Shown: positions 31,055-43,124, numbered from the stretch's first letter. The stretch: 64,000 nucleotides of DNA from an uncultured Acidobacteriota bacterium (GCA_963777605.1 CAVZRV010000011.1:1-64000); one strand, 5' to 3'. Numbers and translations are program-made. Notes: generated by a model from the letters alone, not told the origin.

Positions 31055-32356
31055 ATGAGCTCAATTTGGACTGAGATCACTGGAGCGTCCTGTATGGCTG
31101 CGGTCCGCGAGTTGGAGAAGATCGGAATTCGTCTCGCAGGCTCAAAAGGCGAAAAGGCGGCCGCGAACTGGATTGAGCGGCAATTCCACCAATTGGGTCT
31201 GACAGACATCAACCAGCAGGAGTTCCCTTGCCTGACCTACGGGCATTCCAAATGCGAAGTGTCCGCATTCTCGGGCGGCGAATGGGTGAAAGTCAATTCG
31301 GAGCCGGCGGCCCTCAGCCCACCCACTCCCGGCAACGGGCTTTCGGGGGAACTGGCCATGGTCGAGGAAGTTCCTCCCTCGGCAGAGCGATGCCGCGATC
31401 GCGTACACGACAGAGTCGTCCTGATCTACGGATCCCTGCTGATGCATCGAGCAAAGCTGAAGAACCTCATGCAGGGCAAACCGAAGGCGGTGCTGGTCGT
31501 GGATGAGCGGTTTCACGGCGACTGGACGGTGGGGTTCGGCTTTCCCCGAAATTGGGTCTCCTTCTTAACCTGCCCGGTGGTGAACATCCCGTACCTGGAT
31601 GCTTGGGCACTCGTCAGGCGCAAAGTGGAGAAGGTCGCGGTTCACCTGGATTCATTTGTCCGGGAGGCTACTTCTCAGAACGTGATCGGAGAAATCAAGG
31701 GAACCTCGATGCCCAACGAGGTGATCGTAATTTCGGGGCACCATGACACCGTAGCCAACAACCCGGGCGTCGATGACAACGGTACGGGAGTGGCCGCCAT
31801 CCTCGAGTTGGCTCGATTCTTCTCAAAAAGGCCTCCGAAGAGGACTCTGCGCTTCATCTCCTACGGTACGGAAGAGCAATTGTCCGAAGGCGCGCTCTAC
31901 TATGCAAGGAACGTGGCGGACTCTGCGCAAATCCGGATGGTCCTCAACGTGGATTCCATCGGAGCGTTGATGGGGCAGACCAGCATCTTCTGCACCGGAA
32001 AAAGTGAACTCGCCCGGTTCGTGACGGAAATCAACCGGGAAACCGGTTTTCCCGGCCACATAAACCGTAGCGTGATCCCTTTCAGCGATCATTTCCCCTT
32101 GAACCTTCGAAATGTCGCTTCGGTTTGGTATTACAGGCAGACCTATGCGGCCGGACGACATTTTCACCACAGTCCGCTCGAAACGATTGACGTGCTGTCG
32201 GCGGAAATCCTGGAACAAACGGTCCGCCATCAAGCCTATCTTCTGGATCGTGTCTCAAACGCCGACCCGCTTCCTTTCCCGTCTGGTCTGACCAAGTCTC
32301 AAAGACGCGAACTGAAGCAGGCAGCCAGAGAGTGGATCGGGGCTGAGGCGCTGTGA
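31055..32356 (+). CDS. M28 family metallopeptidase with PA-like domain
   Basis: SQNVIGEI, ISGHHD, GVDDNGTG, GTEE, LNVD, FSDHFP. Confidence 0.88.
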   Translation: MSSIWTEITGASCMAAVRELEKIGIRLAGSKGEKAAANWIERQFHQLGLTDINQQEFPCLTYGHSKCEVSAFSGGEWVKVNSEPAALSPPTPGNGLSGELAMVEEVPPSAERCRDRVHDRVVLIYGSLLMHRAKLKNLMQGKPKAVLVVDERFHGDWTVGFGFPRNWVSFLTCPVVNIPYLDAWALVRRKVEKVAVHLDSFVREATSQNVIGEIKGTSMPNEVIVISGHHDTVANNPGVDDNGTGVAAILELARFFSKRPPKRTLRFISYGTEEQLSEGALYYARNVADSAQIRMVLNVDSIGALMGQTSIFCTGKSELARFVTEINRETGFPGHINRSVIPFSDHFPLNLRNVASVWYYRQTYAAGRHFHHSPLETIDVLSAEILEQTVRHQAYLLDRVSNADPLPFPSGLTKSQRRELKQAAREWIGAEAL

Positions 32357-32446
32357 GGAGAGAGCGGAAGAGCCCTCGCCTGGGCTCCCGGTATAGAAAC
32401 GGCAGCGGTCTGACCATCGAAGTGCAAGGGGAAGGAACAGCTTAGG

Positions 32447-33829
32447 ATGAGTAGTTCGCGTTCTGGTGAAAGTTCAGTTGCCGAGAAGCCTTCCGGTTCC
32501 GGCGGGGAATTCAAGCGGGTCCTGTCGTTGAGAGACCTGGTCCTGTTCGGGATCGCTTTCGTTGGGCCCACTGCGCCCTATTCCATGTACGGAATCGCCA
32601 CGGTGAAGTCGCAGGGTCATCTTCCGCTGGTTTACCTGATCGCCATGGTGGCGATGAGTTTCACAGCAATCAGTTACGGGCGTATGGCCCGTGCCCTCCC
32701 CGAGGCGGGATCCACCTACACCTATTCGGCGAAGGCTTTCAATCCGACCGTGGGCTTCTTTGCGGGCTGGGGAATGATCCTGGATTACATCCTGATCCCC
32801 TTGCTGAGTGTGGTCTTCGTCGGTTTGACGGCATACAAAGTGGTGCCCGAAGTGCCTTACGTCGTCTGGGCCGTGCTGGCCGCCGCCGGAATCACGGCGA
32901 TCAACCTGCGCGGTATCCAGTTCACCAACCGGGCCAATTACCTGCTGAATGCCATCATGGGGGCTTCACTCGTGTGGTTTTGCCTGGTAACCGTTCGTGC
33001 CCTGCTGGATGGGACGGGTGCCGGGACGCTGTTTTCGGTGAAACCGTTTTATGATCCGCAGACCTTTTCTTTCGAGCCCGTCATGGCAGCGACGTCTCTG
33101 GCGGTCCTGTCCTACATCGGGTTTGACGGAGTCACGACATTGTCGGAGGATGCCAAAAACCCAAAGCGGGACATCTGGCGCGCAACCGTGATCGTCTGTT
33201 TCCTGGCTGGGGGTCTCTTTGTGCTGCAGAGCTACCTGGCTCAGCTTGTCTGGCCTGACTATTCCACGTTCTCGCCGGTTGAGACCGCATTTATGGACAT
33301 TGGCAAACTGGTGGGAGGAGCGCCTCTCTTCTATTTCCTGTCTTTTGTCCTGCTCGTTGGCGGAGTCGCCAGTGCCGTGGCGGGTCAGGCCAGCGCGTCC
33401 CGCCTGCTGTGTGGCATGGGTCGGGACCGGCTCTTGCCGCACCGGATCTTCGGGTACGTTCACCCGAGGCTGGGAACTCCGGTTTACAGCGTTCTCCTGA
33501 TGGGTGCGATTCATTTGTCCGGGGCGATGATTCTCAAGTATGCCGAAGTAGCGGAACTGGTCAATTTCGGCGCTTTCATCGGATTCATGACGGTGAACCT
33601 GTGCGTCGTCCGACATTACTATCTGAGGCTGGGGCAGCGAAAGGGACTCCTGCTGCTGGGGAACCTGGTCCTCCCGGTGCTGGGTTTCCTGGTCTGCTTC
33701 TACATCTGGCTGCACCTCTCGCGTTTTTCTATGCTGGTGGGATTCATCTGGATGGGATCAGGCCTGATCTACCTGGGAGCCTTAACCAGGGGCTTTCGAA
33801 GAAAGTTGGCCAACCTGAAGCTGCAATAA
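32447..33829 (+). CDS. APC family amino-acid/polyamine permease
   Basis: 12 TM; AGSTYTY, GWGMILDY, SYIGFDGVTTLSE, SRLLCGMGRD. Confidence 0.9.
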   Translation: MSSSRSGESSVAEKPSGSGGEFKRVLSLRDLVLFGIAFVGPTAPYSMYGIATVKSQGHLPLVYLIAMVAMSFTAISYGRMARALPEAGSTYTYSAKAFNPTVGFFAGWGMILDYILIPLLSVVFVGLTAYKVVPEVPYVVWAVLAAAGITAINLRGIQFTNRANYLLNAIMGASLVWFCLVTVRALLDGTGAGTLFSVKPFYDPQTFSFEPVMAATSLAVLSYIGFDGVTTLSEDAKNPKRDIWRATVIVCFLAGGLFVLQSYLAQLVWPDYSTFSPVETAFMDIGKLVGGAPLFYFLSFVLLVGGVASAVAGQASASRLLCGMGRDRLLPHRIFGYVHPRLGTPVYSVLLMGAIHLSGAMILKYAEVAELVNFGAFIGFMTVNLCVVRHYYLRLGQRKGLLLLGNLVLPVLGFLVCFYIWLHLSRFSMLVGFIWMGSGLIYLGALTRGFRRKLANLKLQ

Positions 33830-33855
33830 TGGCTGACCCGCCCGAAATCGGCAGG

Positions 33856-35790
33856 TTAACCTGACGGCACCTGCTCCTCGTCCGAAGACATAATTATCTC
33901 TCTGTAAGTTGCCCCAGCCGGGATCATCGGATAGACGTTTTCCTCGGGAGACACGACTACATCGAGCAAGTAAGGCTCGTCGGGGTCAGCCAACATGCGT
34001 TGATAGGCATCGGTCAGCTTCGACTCACGAAACACCCGCTCCGCTCGAACCTTGTAGCCGGCCGCAATGGTCACAAAGTCCGGATACACCTCAGCTTCGC
34101 GAGGCTGTGGCGAAGGGGTTGACGGGTCACTGAGTGCAGACTCAGCGCGATGGCGTTTGTAGATCATATCCTGCCATTGGCGAACCATCCCCAGCCACTG
34201 GTTGTTGATCACCACAATTTTCACGCCAAGGCCGTAACGGTGGCACGTACTCAATTCCTGGATCGACATATTGAGGCTTCCGTCTCCGTCAATGTCGATG
34301 ACGAGGCGGTCCGGACAGGCAACTTTGGCGCCAATGGCTGCCGGCAGACCAAAACCCATCGTCCCGAGTCCGGAACTTGATAAAAATGAGCGGGGATGCC
34401 GGGCCTTGTAAAACTGCATCGCCCACATTTGGTGCTGGCCGACTCCGACCGTAACCAGCGCCTCGCCCCCGGTCAATTCGCTCAGGCGATGAATCGCCCA
34501 CTGGGGTCCAATGCCTTCTTTGTGATCCTCGTCTGCAGTCAGGGGCCAGTCCCTCCGCCACTGCTGGCATTGACGCACCCACTCCGCACATTCTCCAGGC
34601 TCGACTGACTCGACCAACTGGGGTAAGGCAGTGCGGAGGTCGGCCCATATGGGAAGCGTTACCGGTTTGTTCTTGTTCAGTTCCTTACGATCGACGTCGA
34701 TATGGATGATCTTGCCATGCTTGATGAATTCGGTTGTCTTACCGGTTACCCGGTCGTCAAAGCGGACTCCGACAGCCAGGACCAGGTCCGCTTGATTGAT
34801 AGCGAAATTGGCATACTTGGTTCCATGCATACCCAGAACATGCAGCGAAAGCGGGTGTTCGGGAGGGAATGCGCCGAGACCCATGATGGTAGTTGTCACC
34901 GGGCTGCCGAGCTTCTCCGCCAGTCTAATGAGCAGGGGCCCGGTGTCGGAGGAAATCACTCCGCCCCCGGCGTAAATGATAGGTCGCTTCGCCTCCCTGA
35001 AAATCCGGCAGACCTCTTCGAGTTGATCGGGATTGATTCCACCAACCGGTTCCTCGAGTCGCTCAATGACGGCCGGCATCCGGGGCTCGGCATAGTTTCC
35101 GTCAGGGTCGCGGGGGTAATGCTGCTGGATATCCTTTGGCACGTCCATCAAAACAGGGCCGGGCCGATTACTCGTTGCCAAAAGGAACGCGTGCCTGACC
35201 ACCGCTGGGATGTGGGTCACTCGTTGAACCTGGTAGCTGCGCTTGGTGATCGACTCGGTGATCGAAACAATGTCAACTTCCTGGAAGGCGTTCTTGCCCA
35301 GCAAAAATGACGGGACATTTCCCGTGATTGCCACCACCGGAACGCTGTCACTGTTGGCGTCCGCTATCCCCGTAACCAGGTTTGTGGCGCCCGGACCGGA
35401 AGTGGCCAGGCAAACACCCGGCCGGCCGCTGGCTCGAGCAAAGCCTGCCGCGGCATGGGCAGCGCCCTGTTCGTGTTCGACCCGGATGCACCGGATGCCG
35501 TAGTCCCGCAGGACGTCAAAGATCTCGAGATTCGCACCACCCGGGTAGCCAAACAGAACATCGACGCCCTCCAACTGCAGACACCTGGCTAGAATTTGCG
35601 CACCCTTTAATGCACGGGAACGATCGTTTGGGTGGATCTCGCTGAGAGAGGCCCCCGTGATCGAGGAGACATCAGGGTAAGTAAACTGGTCGCCCCGGTT
35701 GACCGCCGCATTCCCCGCAGTTTGGGAGGTTGTCGGACTGCCGGAACGCTTGCCAACTGAAGGCTGACTGGACTTGTTCGATTCGACCAT
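33856..35790 (-). CDS. ilvB: Acetolactate synthase large subunit
   Basis: FGYPGGA, EHEQGAAH, TSGPGATN, GMHGT, GQHQMWA, GTMGFGLP, DGDGS...NN ThDP motif. Confidence 0.93.
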   Translation of the reverse strand: MVESNKSSQPSVGKRSGSPTTSQTAGNAAVNRGDQFTYPDVSSITGASLSEIHPNDRSRALKGAQILARCLQLEGVDVLFGYPGGANLEIFDVLRDYGIRCIRVEHEQGAAHAAAGFARASGRPGVCLATSGPGATNLVTGIADANSDSVPVVAITGNVPSFLLGKNAFQEVDIVSITESITKRSYQVQRVTHIPAVVRHAFLLATSNRPGPVLMDVPKDIQQHYPRDPDGNYAEPRMPAVIERLEEPVGGINPDQLEEVCRIFREAKRPIIYAGGGVISSDTGPLLIRLAEKLGSPVTTTIMGLGAFPPEHPLSLHVLGMHGTKYANFAINQADLVLAVGVRFDDRVTGKTTEFIKHGKIIHIDVDRKELNKNKPVTLPIWADLRTALPQLVESVEPGECAEWVRQCQQWRRDWPLTADEDHKEGIGPQWAIHRLSELTGGEALVTVGVGQHQMWAMQFYKARHPRSFLSSSGLGTMGFGLPAAIGAKVACPDRLVIDIDGDGSLNMSIQELSTCHRYGLGVKIVVINNQWLGMVRQWQDMIYKRHRAESALSDPSTPSPQPREAEVYPDFVTIAAGYKVRAERVFRESKLTDAYQRMLADPDEPYLLDVVVSPEENVYPMIPAGATYREIIMSSDEEQVPSG

Positions 35791-35932
35791 CGCTGGCTCT
35801 CTCCTTTAGAAACACGCCCGGATTGGGAAGGAAGGAAGCCTCGAAAAGGCTCCAGAAACTCGAACTTTACGGCTCTCACGAGAAGATCACGATTAACAGC
35901 CACGATAGACCAAGGCCACGTTTTTCGCAAGC

Positions 35933-36150
35933 ATGGACGAACTCCTCGGTTCAGTTTTCGATGCCGTCTCTGTGGCTTCTACAGCCGGAGTACATTTCGA
36001 CTATATTACGGCCGCTGCGAGGGCGGGAAAGCACGTCCTGTGCGAGAAACCGCTTTCAGCGACGACCGGGCAGGCCCAAACGATGGCCGATATCTGCGGT
36101 CAGGAAGGGGTCACCCTCGGCGCTGCGTTCATGATGAGGTTCCCACCCAG
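35933..36150 (+). pseudogene. Gfo/Idh/MocA oxidoreductase fragment
   Basis: AGKHVLCEKPL...MMRF; lacks the Rossmann N-terminus and the C-domain. Confidence 0.65.
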
Positions 36151-36405
36151 CACCAGGCCGCGCTGGCACTGATCCGGGACGAAAGGTGACACATCGAAAG
36201 GCGCCAGCGAACCCGGCCAGAAAGGTGGCCTGACTCCACGTTCGGTATTAGTCCGAACCCAAAAGGACACGGTTGGCAGGATTACCGTCGACTCGGGTCT
36301 CCCATGGGTGCGGTCCTCGCCCTTGTCCGACCAGTGTGTTTGCGATATTTTGCAATCGATGTCGCTGCTTCTTGCGACACCGACAGTTGGGGATCCGGAG
36401 AATAC

Positions 36406-38883
36406 GTGAATCGGCGCCTTGAGGATCTGATCGATATTGAGCAGTTCCAAATGCTGCAGGACAGGCTCAGTGAAATCTACGCCTTTCCTGCCGCCATCAT
36501 CGACAATGACGGCAGGATCCTGACCGCCACATGCTGGCAGAAGATCTGCACCGAGTTTCACCGGAAGAACCCTGAGTGCGAAAAAGAGTGCATCAAGAGC
36601 GATCAGTACATCCTGGAACACCTGACTGGCGCTAATCCGACTGTCGCTTACCGCTGCCCCCACGGTTTGGTGGACACTGCGACGCCCATCATTATCGACG
36701 GCGTCCACATGGCTAATTTCTTCACCGGACAGTTCTTCCTGGAAAAGCCGGATCTCGAATTCTTCAGGTCGCAGGCCCGGCGGTTCGAGTTTAACGAAGC
36801 CGACTACATTGAAGCAGTCAGACAGGTGCCGGTCTGGAACCAGGCCCAGTTGGACAGCTATCTCTTTTACATCAAGGGTTTGATCGAACTCATCTCCGCC
36901 TCGGGACTCAGAGCCCTGCGGGAGATGGAGGCAACCCGGAAGATGGAGGAAAGCGAAAATCAATTCAAGGCCATTTTTGAGATGGCCTCCATCGGCATAG
37001 CACAGGCCGATATCAATTCGGGACGCTTTCTAATCGTGAACCAGAAGATGTGCGAGATCACCGGGTACACCAGTGCCGAGTTGGCCTGCCTTCAGATTTC
37101 CGACATCACCCACGCGGATGATCGCCAAAGAGACTGGGTCCTGTTTCAGTCCGTTGTCGACGGCGAGACCCCCAACTACCGGCTGGAGAAACGCTACGTC
37201 CGCAAGGACGCTTCGGTCGTATGGGTGAACGTCAACATGACGGTCATCCGAGACGATTCCGGCAAGCCATTGCGAACCATCGCAACCATCGAGGACATCA
37301 CGGATCGAAAGCGGGTCGAAGGGGACCTTCGTGCCAGCGAGGAGCGCTACCGAACCCTGTTTGACCGGGCAAATGACGGGATCTTCGTCCTGTCAATCGA
37401 CGGCACGCTGGTTGAACTCAATGAGACGTTTGCTCAAATGCACGGCTACACGGCGAAGGAGATGGTAGGAATGAGGTTGGAGGATCTGGACACACCGGAG
37501 ACTTCCCGCCTCGTTCCCGAGCGGATGCGCCGGCTTTTGGCTGGGGAGGCGCTGACCTTCGATGTGGAGCACTTTCACAAAGACGGTCATGTCTTCCCGT
37601 TGGAGGTTTCGGCCAGCCTGATCAATTACAACGGACGGCAGTTTATCCAGTGCTTCCACCGCGATATTTCCAGGCGCAAGGCAGACGAGGCAGAGAAGGA
37701 AAGACTGGAGGCCCAGCTTCGCCAGGCCATGAAGATGGAAGCGGTCGGCCGACTGGCGGGAGGAGTCGCCCACGACTTCAACAACATGCTGAGTGTCATC
37801 CTCGGCCATGCCGAACTGGCTCTCACGTCGACAGATCCGAATCAGCCGCTTTCTGCCGATCTTCGTGAAATTCGAATCGCCGCCGAACGATCCGCCGACC
37901 TCACCCGCCAGTTGTTGACCTTCGCCCGCCAGCAGGTCATAACCCCGACAGTTCTCGACCTGAACCTGGCCATTGAATCCATGCTAAAAATGCTCAGGCG
38001 CCTGATCGGTGAGAACATCAACCTGGAATGGCGACCGTACAAAAAGGCCTGGCCAGTCAAAATGGATCCCACCCAGATCGACCAGATTCTGGCCAATCTC
38101 TGCGTCAACTCACGGGATGCGATCACGGGGGTGGGGACGATCAGGATTGAGACCGAGAACGTCGTCCTCAGCAGATCAGACTGCGTGGGGCATGCCGATG
38201 CCATTCCCGGGGAATTCGCGCTCCTGAAGGTCACTGATAGCGGGCGAGGCATGGACCGGGAGACTCTCAGCCGGCTCTTTGAGCCGTTCTTCACAACGAA
38301 GGAGGTTGGGAAGGGAACAGGCTTGGGATTGGCAACGGTTTACGGCATTATCACCCAGAATCACGGCTTTATCAACGTGGTCAGCAACCCGAACCGGGGG
38401 ACCACTTTCAAGATTTTTCTGCCGCGCTTCAGAGGCGACTCCGAGGCGGTGGGGACGACCCGCCAGGAATTGCTGCAGCGCGGTGACGAGGTTATCCTGC
38501 TGGTCGAGGACGAACCCGCCATACTGCACATGACCGCCACTATGCTCGAACGCCTCGGATACAGCGTCATGAGCGCAGCGAAACCGCGTGAAGCCGTCCA
38601 CCTGGTGGCTCAGTACCAGGGGAAGATCGACCTCCTGGTGACCGACGTAGTGATGCCCGAGTTAAACGGGCGAGATCTGGCTGAAACCCTCACTGATTAT
38701 CAGCCCACTCTCAAATGCCTCTTCACTTCAGGCTATACAGCCGACGTAATCGCACCCCACGGCGTGCTAGGCAAGGGCGTAAACTTCCTTCAGAAGCCCT
38801 ATCAGCTCAAGGAACTGGCAGCCAAGGTTCGCCAAGCCCTGGACGGCACCCCTCCAATCCCTGACCTTGAGAGTCACTCATAA
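36406..38883 (+). CDS. PocR-PAS-PAS hybrid sensor histidine kinase/receiver
   Basis: [17 protein letters not shown] (PocR), two PAS domains, [30 protein letters not shown] domain. GTG start after ggag. Confidence 0.92.
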   Translation: MNRRLEDLIDIEQFQMLQDRLSEIYAFPAAIIDNDGRILTATCWQKICTEFHRKNPECEKECIKSDQYILEHLTGANPTVAYRCPHGLVDTATPIIIDGVHMANFFTGQFFLEKPDLEFFRSQARRFEFNEADYIEAVRQVPVWNQAQLDSYLFYIKGLIELISASGLRALREMEATRKMEESENQFKAIFEMASIGIAQADINSGRFLIVNQKMCEITGYTSAELACLQISDITHADDRQRDWVLFQSVVDGETPNYRLEKRYVRKDASVVWVNVNMTVIRDDSGKPLRTIATIEDITDRKRVEGDLRASEERYRTLFDRANDGIFVLSIDGTLVELNETFAQMHGYTAKEMVGMRLEDLDTPETSRLVPERMRRLLAGEALTFDVEHFHKDGHVFPLEVSASLINYNGRQFIQCFHRDISRRKADEAEKERLEAQLRQAMKMEAVGRLAGGVAHDFNNMLSVILGHAELALTSTDPNQPLSADLREIRIAAERSADLTRQLLTFARQQVITPTVLDLNLAIESMLKMLRRLIGENINLEWRPYKKAWPVKMDPTQIDQILANLCVNSRDAITGVGTIRIETENVVLSRSDCVGHADAIPGEFALLKVTDSGRGMDRETLSRLFEPFFTTKEVGKGTGLGLATVYGIITQNHGFINVVSNPNRGTTFKIFLPRFRGDSEAVGTTRQELLQRGDEVILLVEDEPAILHMTATMLERLGYSVMSAAKPREAVHLVAQYQGKIDLLVTDVVMPELNGRDLAETLTDYQPTLKCLFTSGYTADVIAPHGVLGKGVNFLQKPYQLKELAAKVRQALDGTPPIPDLESHS

Positions 38884-39330
38884 CAAGAGCGGCCGCCGGC
38901 AGCAGGAAGCGAAGCAAGAGACGGGTGGGGTCCCAGCGGCTCAGGTATCCAGTGGCAAGCTTCGACCGATCAAACGTGGACACTTCAAAGTCTGCATTGC
39001 TGGACAGCGAGGCCAACACATGATTTCGGATATATTCTCGGTACGGCATCCCAGAGACGCGACTGATGACCTCACCGAGGATTGCGTAGTTGACGTTACG
39101 GTACTGGACCTTTTCCGCAGGTGCCTGACTGGCTCTCAGTTCGTAGCCGGCCAAGGCATCATCCGTGGTCGGCGAGCCTTCGCCGGAAAGCGAACCGCCA
39201 ACAACGCCTTCAAGGTCTCCTTCAAACCGGAGGCATGGCTGAGTAAAGCGCGAAGAGGGATGCCGTTCAACTGAGGAAGATCAGGCGGATACTCAAGGGA
39301 CTGTTGCTCAAGAAACTCCCAAACAGTCCC
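38880..39330 (-). pseudogene. Serine hydrolase (beta-lactamase class C-like) fragment, frameshifted
   Basis: LRALLSHASGL and YRNVNYAILGEVISRVSG (YxN) in different frames; no SxxK region. Confidence 0.65.
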
Positions 39331-39490
39331 GTCCCCAGTCGGTGCCTTCGACGGCCGTGTCCGATGCCAATGCACGGTTAACTTGATCGAGCACTCTGAG
39401 CACTACCGAATAGAGACTTGCTTCCCCTCCCCGGCCGCATTAGCCTTGGGTGGAAGCAGCCCGGAGCGCATCTTGGGAGGGAGCATTATC

Positions 39491-40486
39491 GTGGAACGTA
39501 TGAACCGCAAGATCTTCTTGAATACGATTGGCCGGGCAGCCTCCTCGGTGGCACTGCTTCCATTGCTTGGCTGTTCGGAAAATTCTGCACCCACCGGGAC
39601 GCGACAAAAGTTGGGAGGCCCTGCCACCTTCGATACCCAGATGCCTGAAGGGGTGCGTCGCCTCTCTTCGGAAAACAATTTCACGGTGTTTCGGCGAGGG
39701 ATCGAGGCCGCCTACCGAGTGCAACCGGGGGAACTCCTCCGGGTCGAAACACAGCACGGCCTTCCGGGAAAGGTCAAGCGTGACGGTACCTTCCTGGAAA
39801 TTCAACCCGGGGAACCGGTCAACCCCATGACCGGCCCTATCTTCGTCGAAGGGATTCGACCGGGAGATTCATTGGGAATCGACTTGCTGGAGATCCAGGT
39901 AGGTGACTGGGGCTATGCCGGAGGGAGAATATTCGAACTCGAGGACGGTTACGCCCGGTTCGATGAGAGGCTCAAGCTTCCCCTTTCTCCGATGCTGGGG
40001 GGGATCGGACTAGCCCCCGCTGAAGGGGAGATGGGCACCAAAGCCCCCGGTGACACCGGAGGGAACATGGACTGCAAGGAGGTCCGCGCCGGCAGTACTC
40101 TGGTCTTTACCGCCCAGGTCGAGGGAGGAATGGTGGGATTGGGGGACGCCCATGCTCTGCAGGGCGACGGCGAGGTCCGTGGCCAGGGGATAGAGTGCGA
40201 CAGTGAAACCCTCCTCCGCTTTCGCAAGTTTCCTCGGCCTCTTTCGCCTCGGCCGGTGATTCTGCGACCTGAATTCGTCGCCACAATAGGTTCCCACGAC
40301 GACTTGAATGAGGCAGCCTGGCAGGCGACCGAGGACATGATTCAGCTGATTGTCGACACCACGGGCCGTGACAAGGACGACGCCTATGCGCTGGTCAACC
40401 TGGTTGGTGATCTCAGGATCAACCAGATCGTCGATCCCCGAAAGGGAGCGAGGATGGAAGTCCCGCGCTGGGTCTTCGGAGTTTGA
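39491..40486 (+). CDS. Acetamidase/formamidase family protein with Tat/lipoprotein-like leader
   Basis: NPMTGPIFVEG, GGNMD, GDAHALQGDGEV, QIVDP; leader RKIFL...LLGC. Confidence 0.88.
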   Translation: MERMNRKIFLNTIGRAASSVALLPLLGCSENSAPTGTRQKLGGPATFDTQMPEGVRRLSSENNFTVFRRGIEAAYRVQPGELLRVETQHGLPGKVKRDGTFLEIQPGEPVNPMTGPIFVEGIRPGDSLGIDLLEIQVGDWGYAGGRIFELEDGYARFDERLKLPLSPMLGGIGLAPAEGEMGTKAPGDTGGNMDCKEVRAGSTLVFTAQVEGGMVGLGDAHALQGDGEVRGQGIECDSETLLRFRKFPRPLSPRPVILRPEFVATIGSHDDLNEAAWQATEDMIQLIVDTTGRDKDDAYALVNLVGDLRINQIVDPRKGARMEVPRWVFGV

Positions 40487-40489
40487 CGT

Positions 40490-42576
40490 ATGAAAACTTT
40501 TGCGACTACCTGTCTTTTGATCCTGGTGCTGGCCGCCTCACCCTTGCTCGCCCAAAGAACAGACGTTCTGCTTTACGAAACCGACTTTTCCAAGCTCTCT
40601 CCGGGCAAGTTCGGAGAGTACACGACACCGGCATTCCCGGAATACCACTATGCCCCGCGTGAATTCACCGACGGTTGGGATATCGTCAACAACCGGGGCC
40701 CGGAGGAGTGGACAGTCTTCGAGAAGGACGGGAAGTACACACTGGAGTTTCTCGGCTACAACCGTGAGGTCTGGACGCATGATTTCACCTATCCAATTCT
40801 TGCCACGGGTGATCCCCTGTGGCGGGATTACAACCTGGAAGTCGAGGTCACACCGATCAACCGGGAGGATCTGAACGGGATCATATTCCGCTACCAGGAC
40901 GGCCGCCATTACTACCTGCTGGCCTTCGGCCCCGACGACACGATTTCACTCCGCTATCGGGACGGCGAGAAGGCGTTTCGGAGCGACGGGTGGACGATTC
41001 TGGCCTCGACCAAGAGACCGACAGACCGTTCCAGAACCTACACGATGCGGGTTGAAGCCACCGGTCCACGGCTCCGCTGCAGCCTCGACGGAGAACTGCT
41101 GTTCGAAGTCGAAGACGACCACTACGAGCACGGGCAGATCGGGCTTTTGGCCACAACACCGGTTCGATTTCACTCGGTTTCAGTCACCACTACCGCTGAA
41201 AGCCGGGAGCGCTACCTGGCACAGTCCAAGGCACGCCGGACGGAGATCGATCGGCTCAGGGCGGACAACCCCCAGCCGGTGGTCTGGAAAAGGATCGCCA
41301 CGCCCGGCTTCGGGGCCGCCCGAGCACTGCGGCTCGGAGACCTGGACGGCGACGGCCAACTGGACATCCTGATCGTCCAAAACATTCCTTTCTTCGGAGG
41401 GAATTACAACCAGATCAGCTGTCTGACGGCCTTGACGCTGGAGGGACGGGTACTCTGGCAGAAGGGTCGCCCGGATCCCGATCATGCGTGGGTGAGTTAC
41501 GACGTGGCGGCGCAGATCCACGACATCGATGATGACGGCGATCAGGAAGTGATTTACGCAGTCGCCGACGAGATCCGGATCCTGGATGGGAAGACCGGCG
41601 AAGTCGAAGCCACCCACCCGGTTCCGAGTTCGGAGATCCAAGCAGGGGAAGTGTCCTGGAACGAATACAAGCACTACTATCGCCGCGACCACTTGCCCTA
41701 TCTAAGCGTCGACAGCATTTCCTTCGGCGATCTCAGGGGCCTTGGAAAACCGCTCGACGTCATCATCAAGGACCGCCACACCCGGCTGTGGGCCTTCACC
41801 GGCGAGTTCGAGCCGCTCTGGACGAGTTCGGCGAATCTCGGCCACTACCCCTACTTCTATGACTCCGACAAAGACGGCCGAGACGAGATCTTTCTCGGTT
41901 ACACGGTTTTCAACGACGACGGAACACAACTCTGGAGCCTGGACGACAAGCTGCAGGAGCACTCGGACGGCACCTGTGCAGGAGACTTCTCGCTCGAGGG
42001 GAAACCTGACAAGGTCTTGGTTGCAGGAAGCGATGACGGAGTGATCTTGCTCGACCTGGACGGGAACCTAATCAAACACCACCGGGTCGGCCACGCCCAG
42101 ACTCCGACCATTGGCCAGTACCGCCCTGACGTTCCCGGGCTGGAGTTCTGCATCATCAACTACTGGGGGGAGCCGGGAATGATCACGCTCTACGATCATG
42201 ACGGTAACGAGATTACCCGTTTCGAGCTCTTCCACGCGGGAAGCCCTGTCCTTCCTGTGAACTGGAGGGGAGACGGACAGGAATTCATTCTGCTCTCGGC
42301 CAATGTTCGGGAGGGGGGGATGGTAGACGGCTGGGGGCGCCGGGCCGTAATGTTTCCACAGGATGGACATCCCGACATGGCCTACCTCGTACAGGATTTC
42401 ACCGGCGATCCGAGGGACGAAATCATGGTCTGGGACACGGATGAAATCTGGATCTACACCCAGTCTGAGGAGTTCAAGGGAAACAGATCTACGCTCCAAC
42501 CCGGCCTCCTCTTTACAACGAATCCAACTACCTGCCATTCGTCTCCTGGCCAGCCTGGAAGCCGCACGGGCAGTGA
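40490..42576 (+). CDS. Secreted FG-GAP repeat protein, rhamnogalacturonan-lyase-like, with N-terminal jelly-roll (frameshift near 42482)
   Basis: Signal peptide; DLDGDGQLD, DIDDDGDQE, DSDKDGRDE and DFTGDPRDE repeats. The likely C-terminus ...PPLYNESNY..* lies in another frame. Confidence 0.7.
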
Positions 42577-42719
42577 CCGAATGAACTCCCCGGTCATGGG
42601 AAGACCAGAATTACGCGGAACTCCTCTGACGTCCATTCCGGAGAAGAGCCAAGCGTCGAAGCTGCAACGACAAGAGACTTTCTTGCCATCTCTCGCGAGC
42701 CGGATCGGATGCCCGAGTT

Positions 42720-42880
42720 GGTCAATCCTACGGTCATTGTCGAGGATGAGATACCGCGCCCGTCTTTCAAAACACGCGTTCCGAACCTCCCGCTTCACCC
42801 AGTCCAACCTCGGGTGTTGGGTCAGGTTGAAGTGCACGACTCTTCAGCGTTCAAGCCCCAGGCAGAAAGATTCGTTGAGT
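42720..42880 (-). mobile_element. Decayed IS transposase (integrase-core/rve type) remnant
   Basis: LER*RVVHFNLTQHPRLDWVKREVRNACFERRARYLILDND resembles the HFNVTxHPTxxW...RYLIxDxD rve motif; contains an internal stop. Confidence 0.6.
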
Positions 42881-43124
42881 CCAGACAAGGGCAACCAGAT
42901 TCAGGACCTGAACGACCATGAGCACAAGCAGGATCTTCGCGCTGCAGGCATGGGCTGATGAAGCAGAAAGAGCCAACCCGTCGAGGCCGCACAGAGTTCT
43001 TGCGGACGACGACACTGCTCGCGGCAGGTTCGGCCGCTGTTGAATTTTGATTGACACGTCAAACAATATGCTTTAGCTTATTGCCAGCCTAACCTGCCTA
43101 TTTGCTTTCAAGCTTGGGACACGC

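Noticed and set aside
42849-42853. Selenocysteine at the TGA in the IS remnant (and at the integrase fragment's CGC-stop, 2842)
   Set aside because: No redox motif context, no downstream hairpin or conserved continuation; ordinary decay.
42577-42958. C-terminal extension of the 822-aa ORF
   Set aside because: Read-through caused by the frameshift near 42482. It runs over an antisense IS remnant and is not protein-like.
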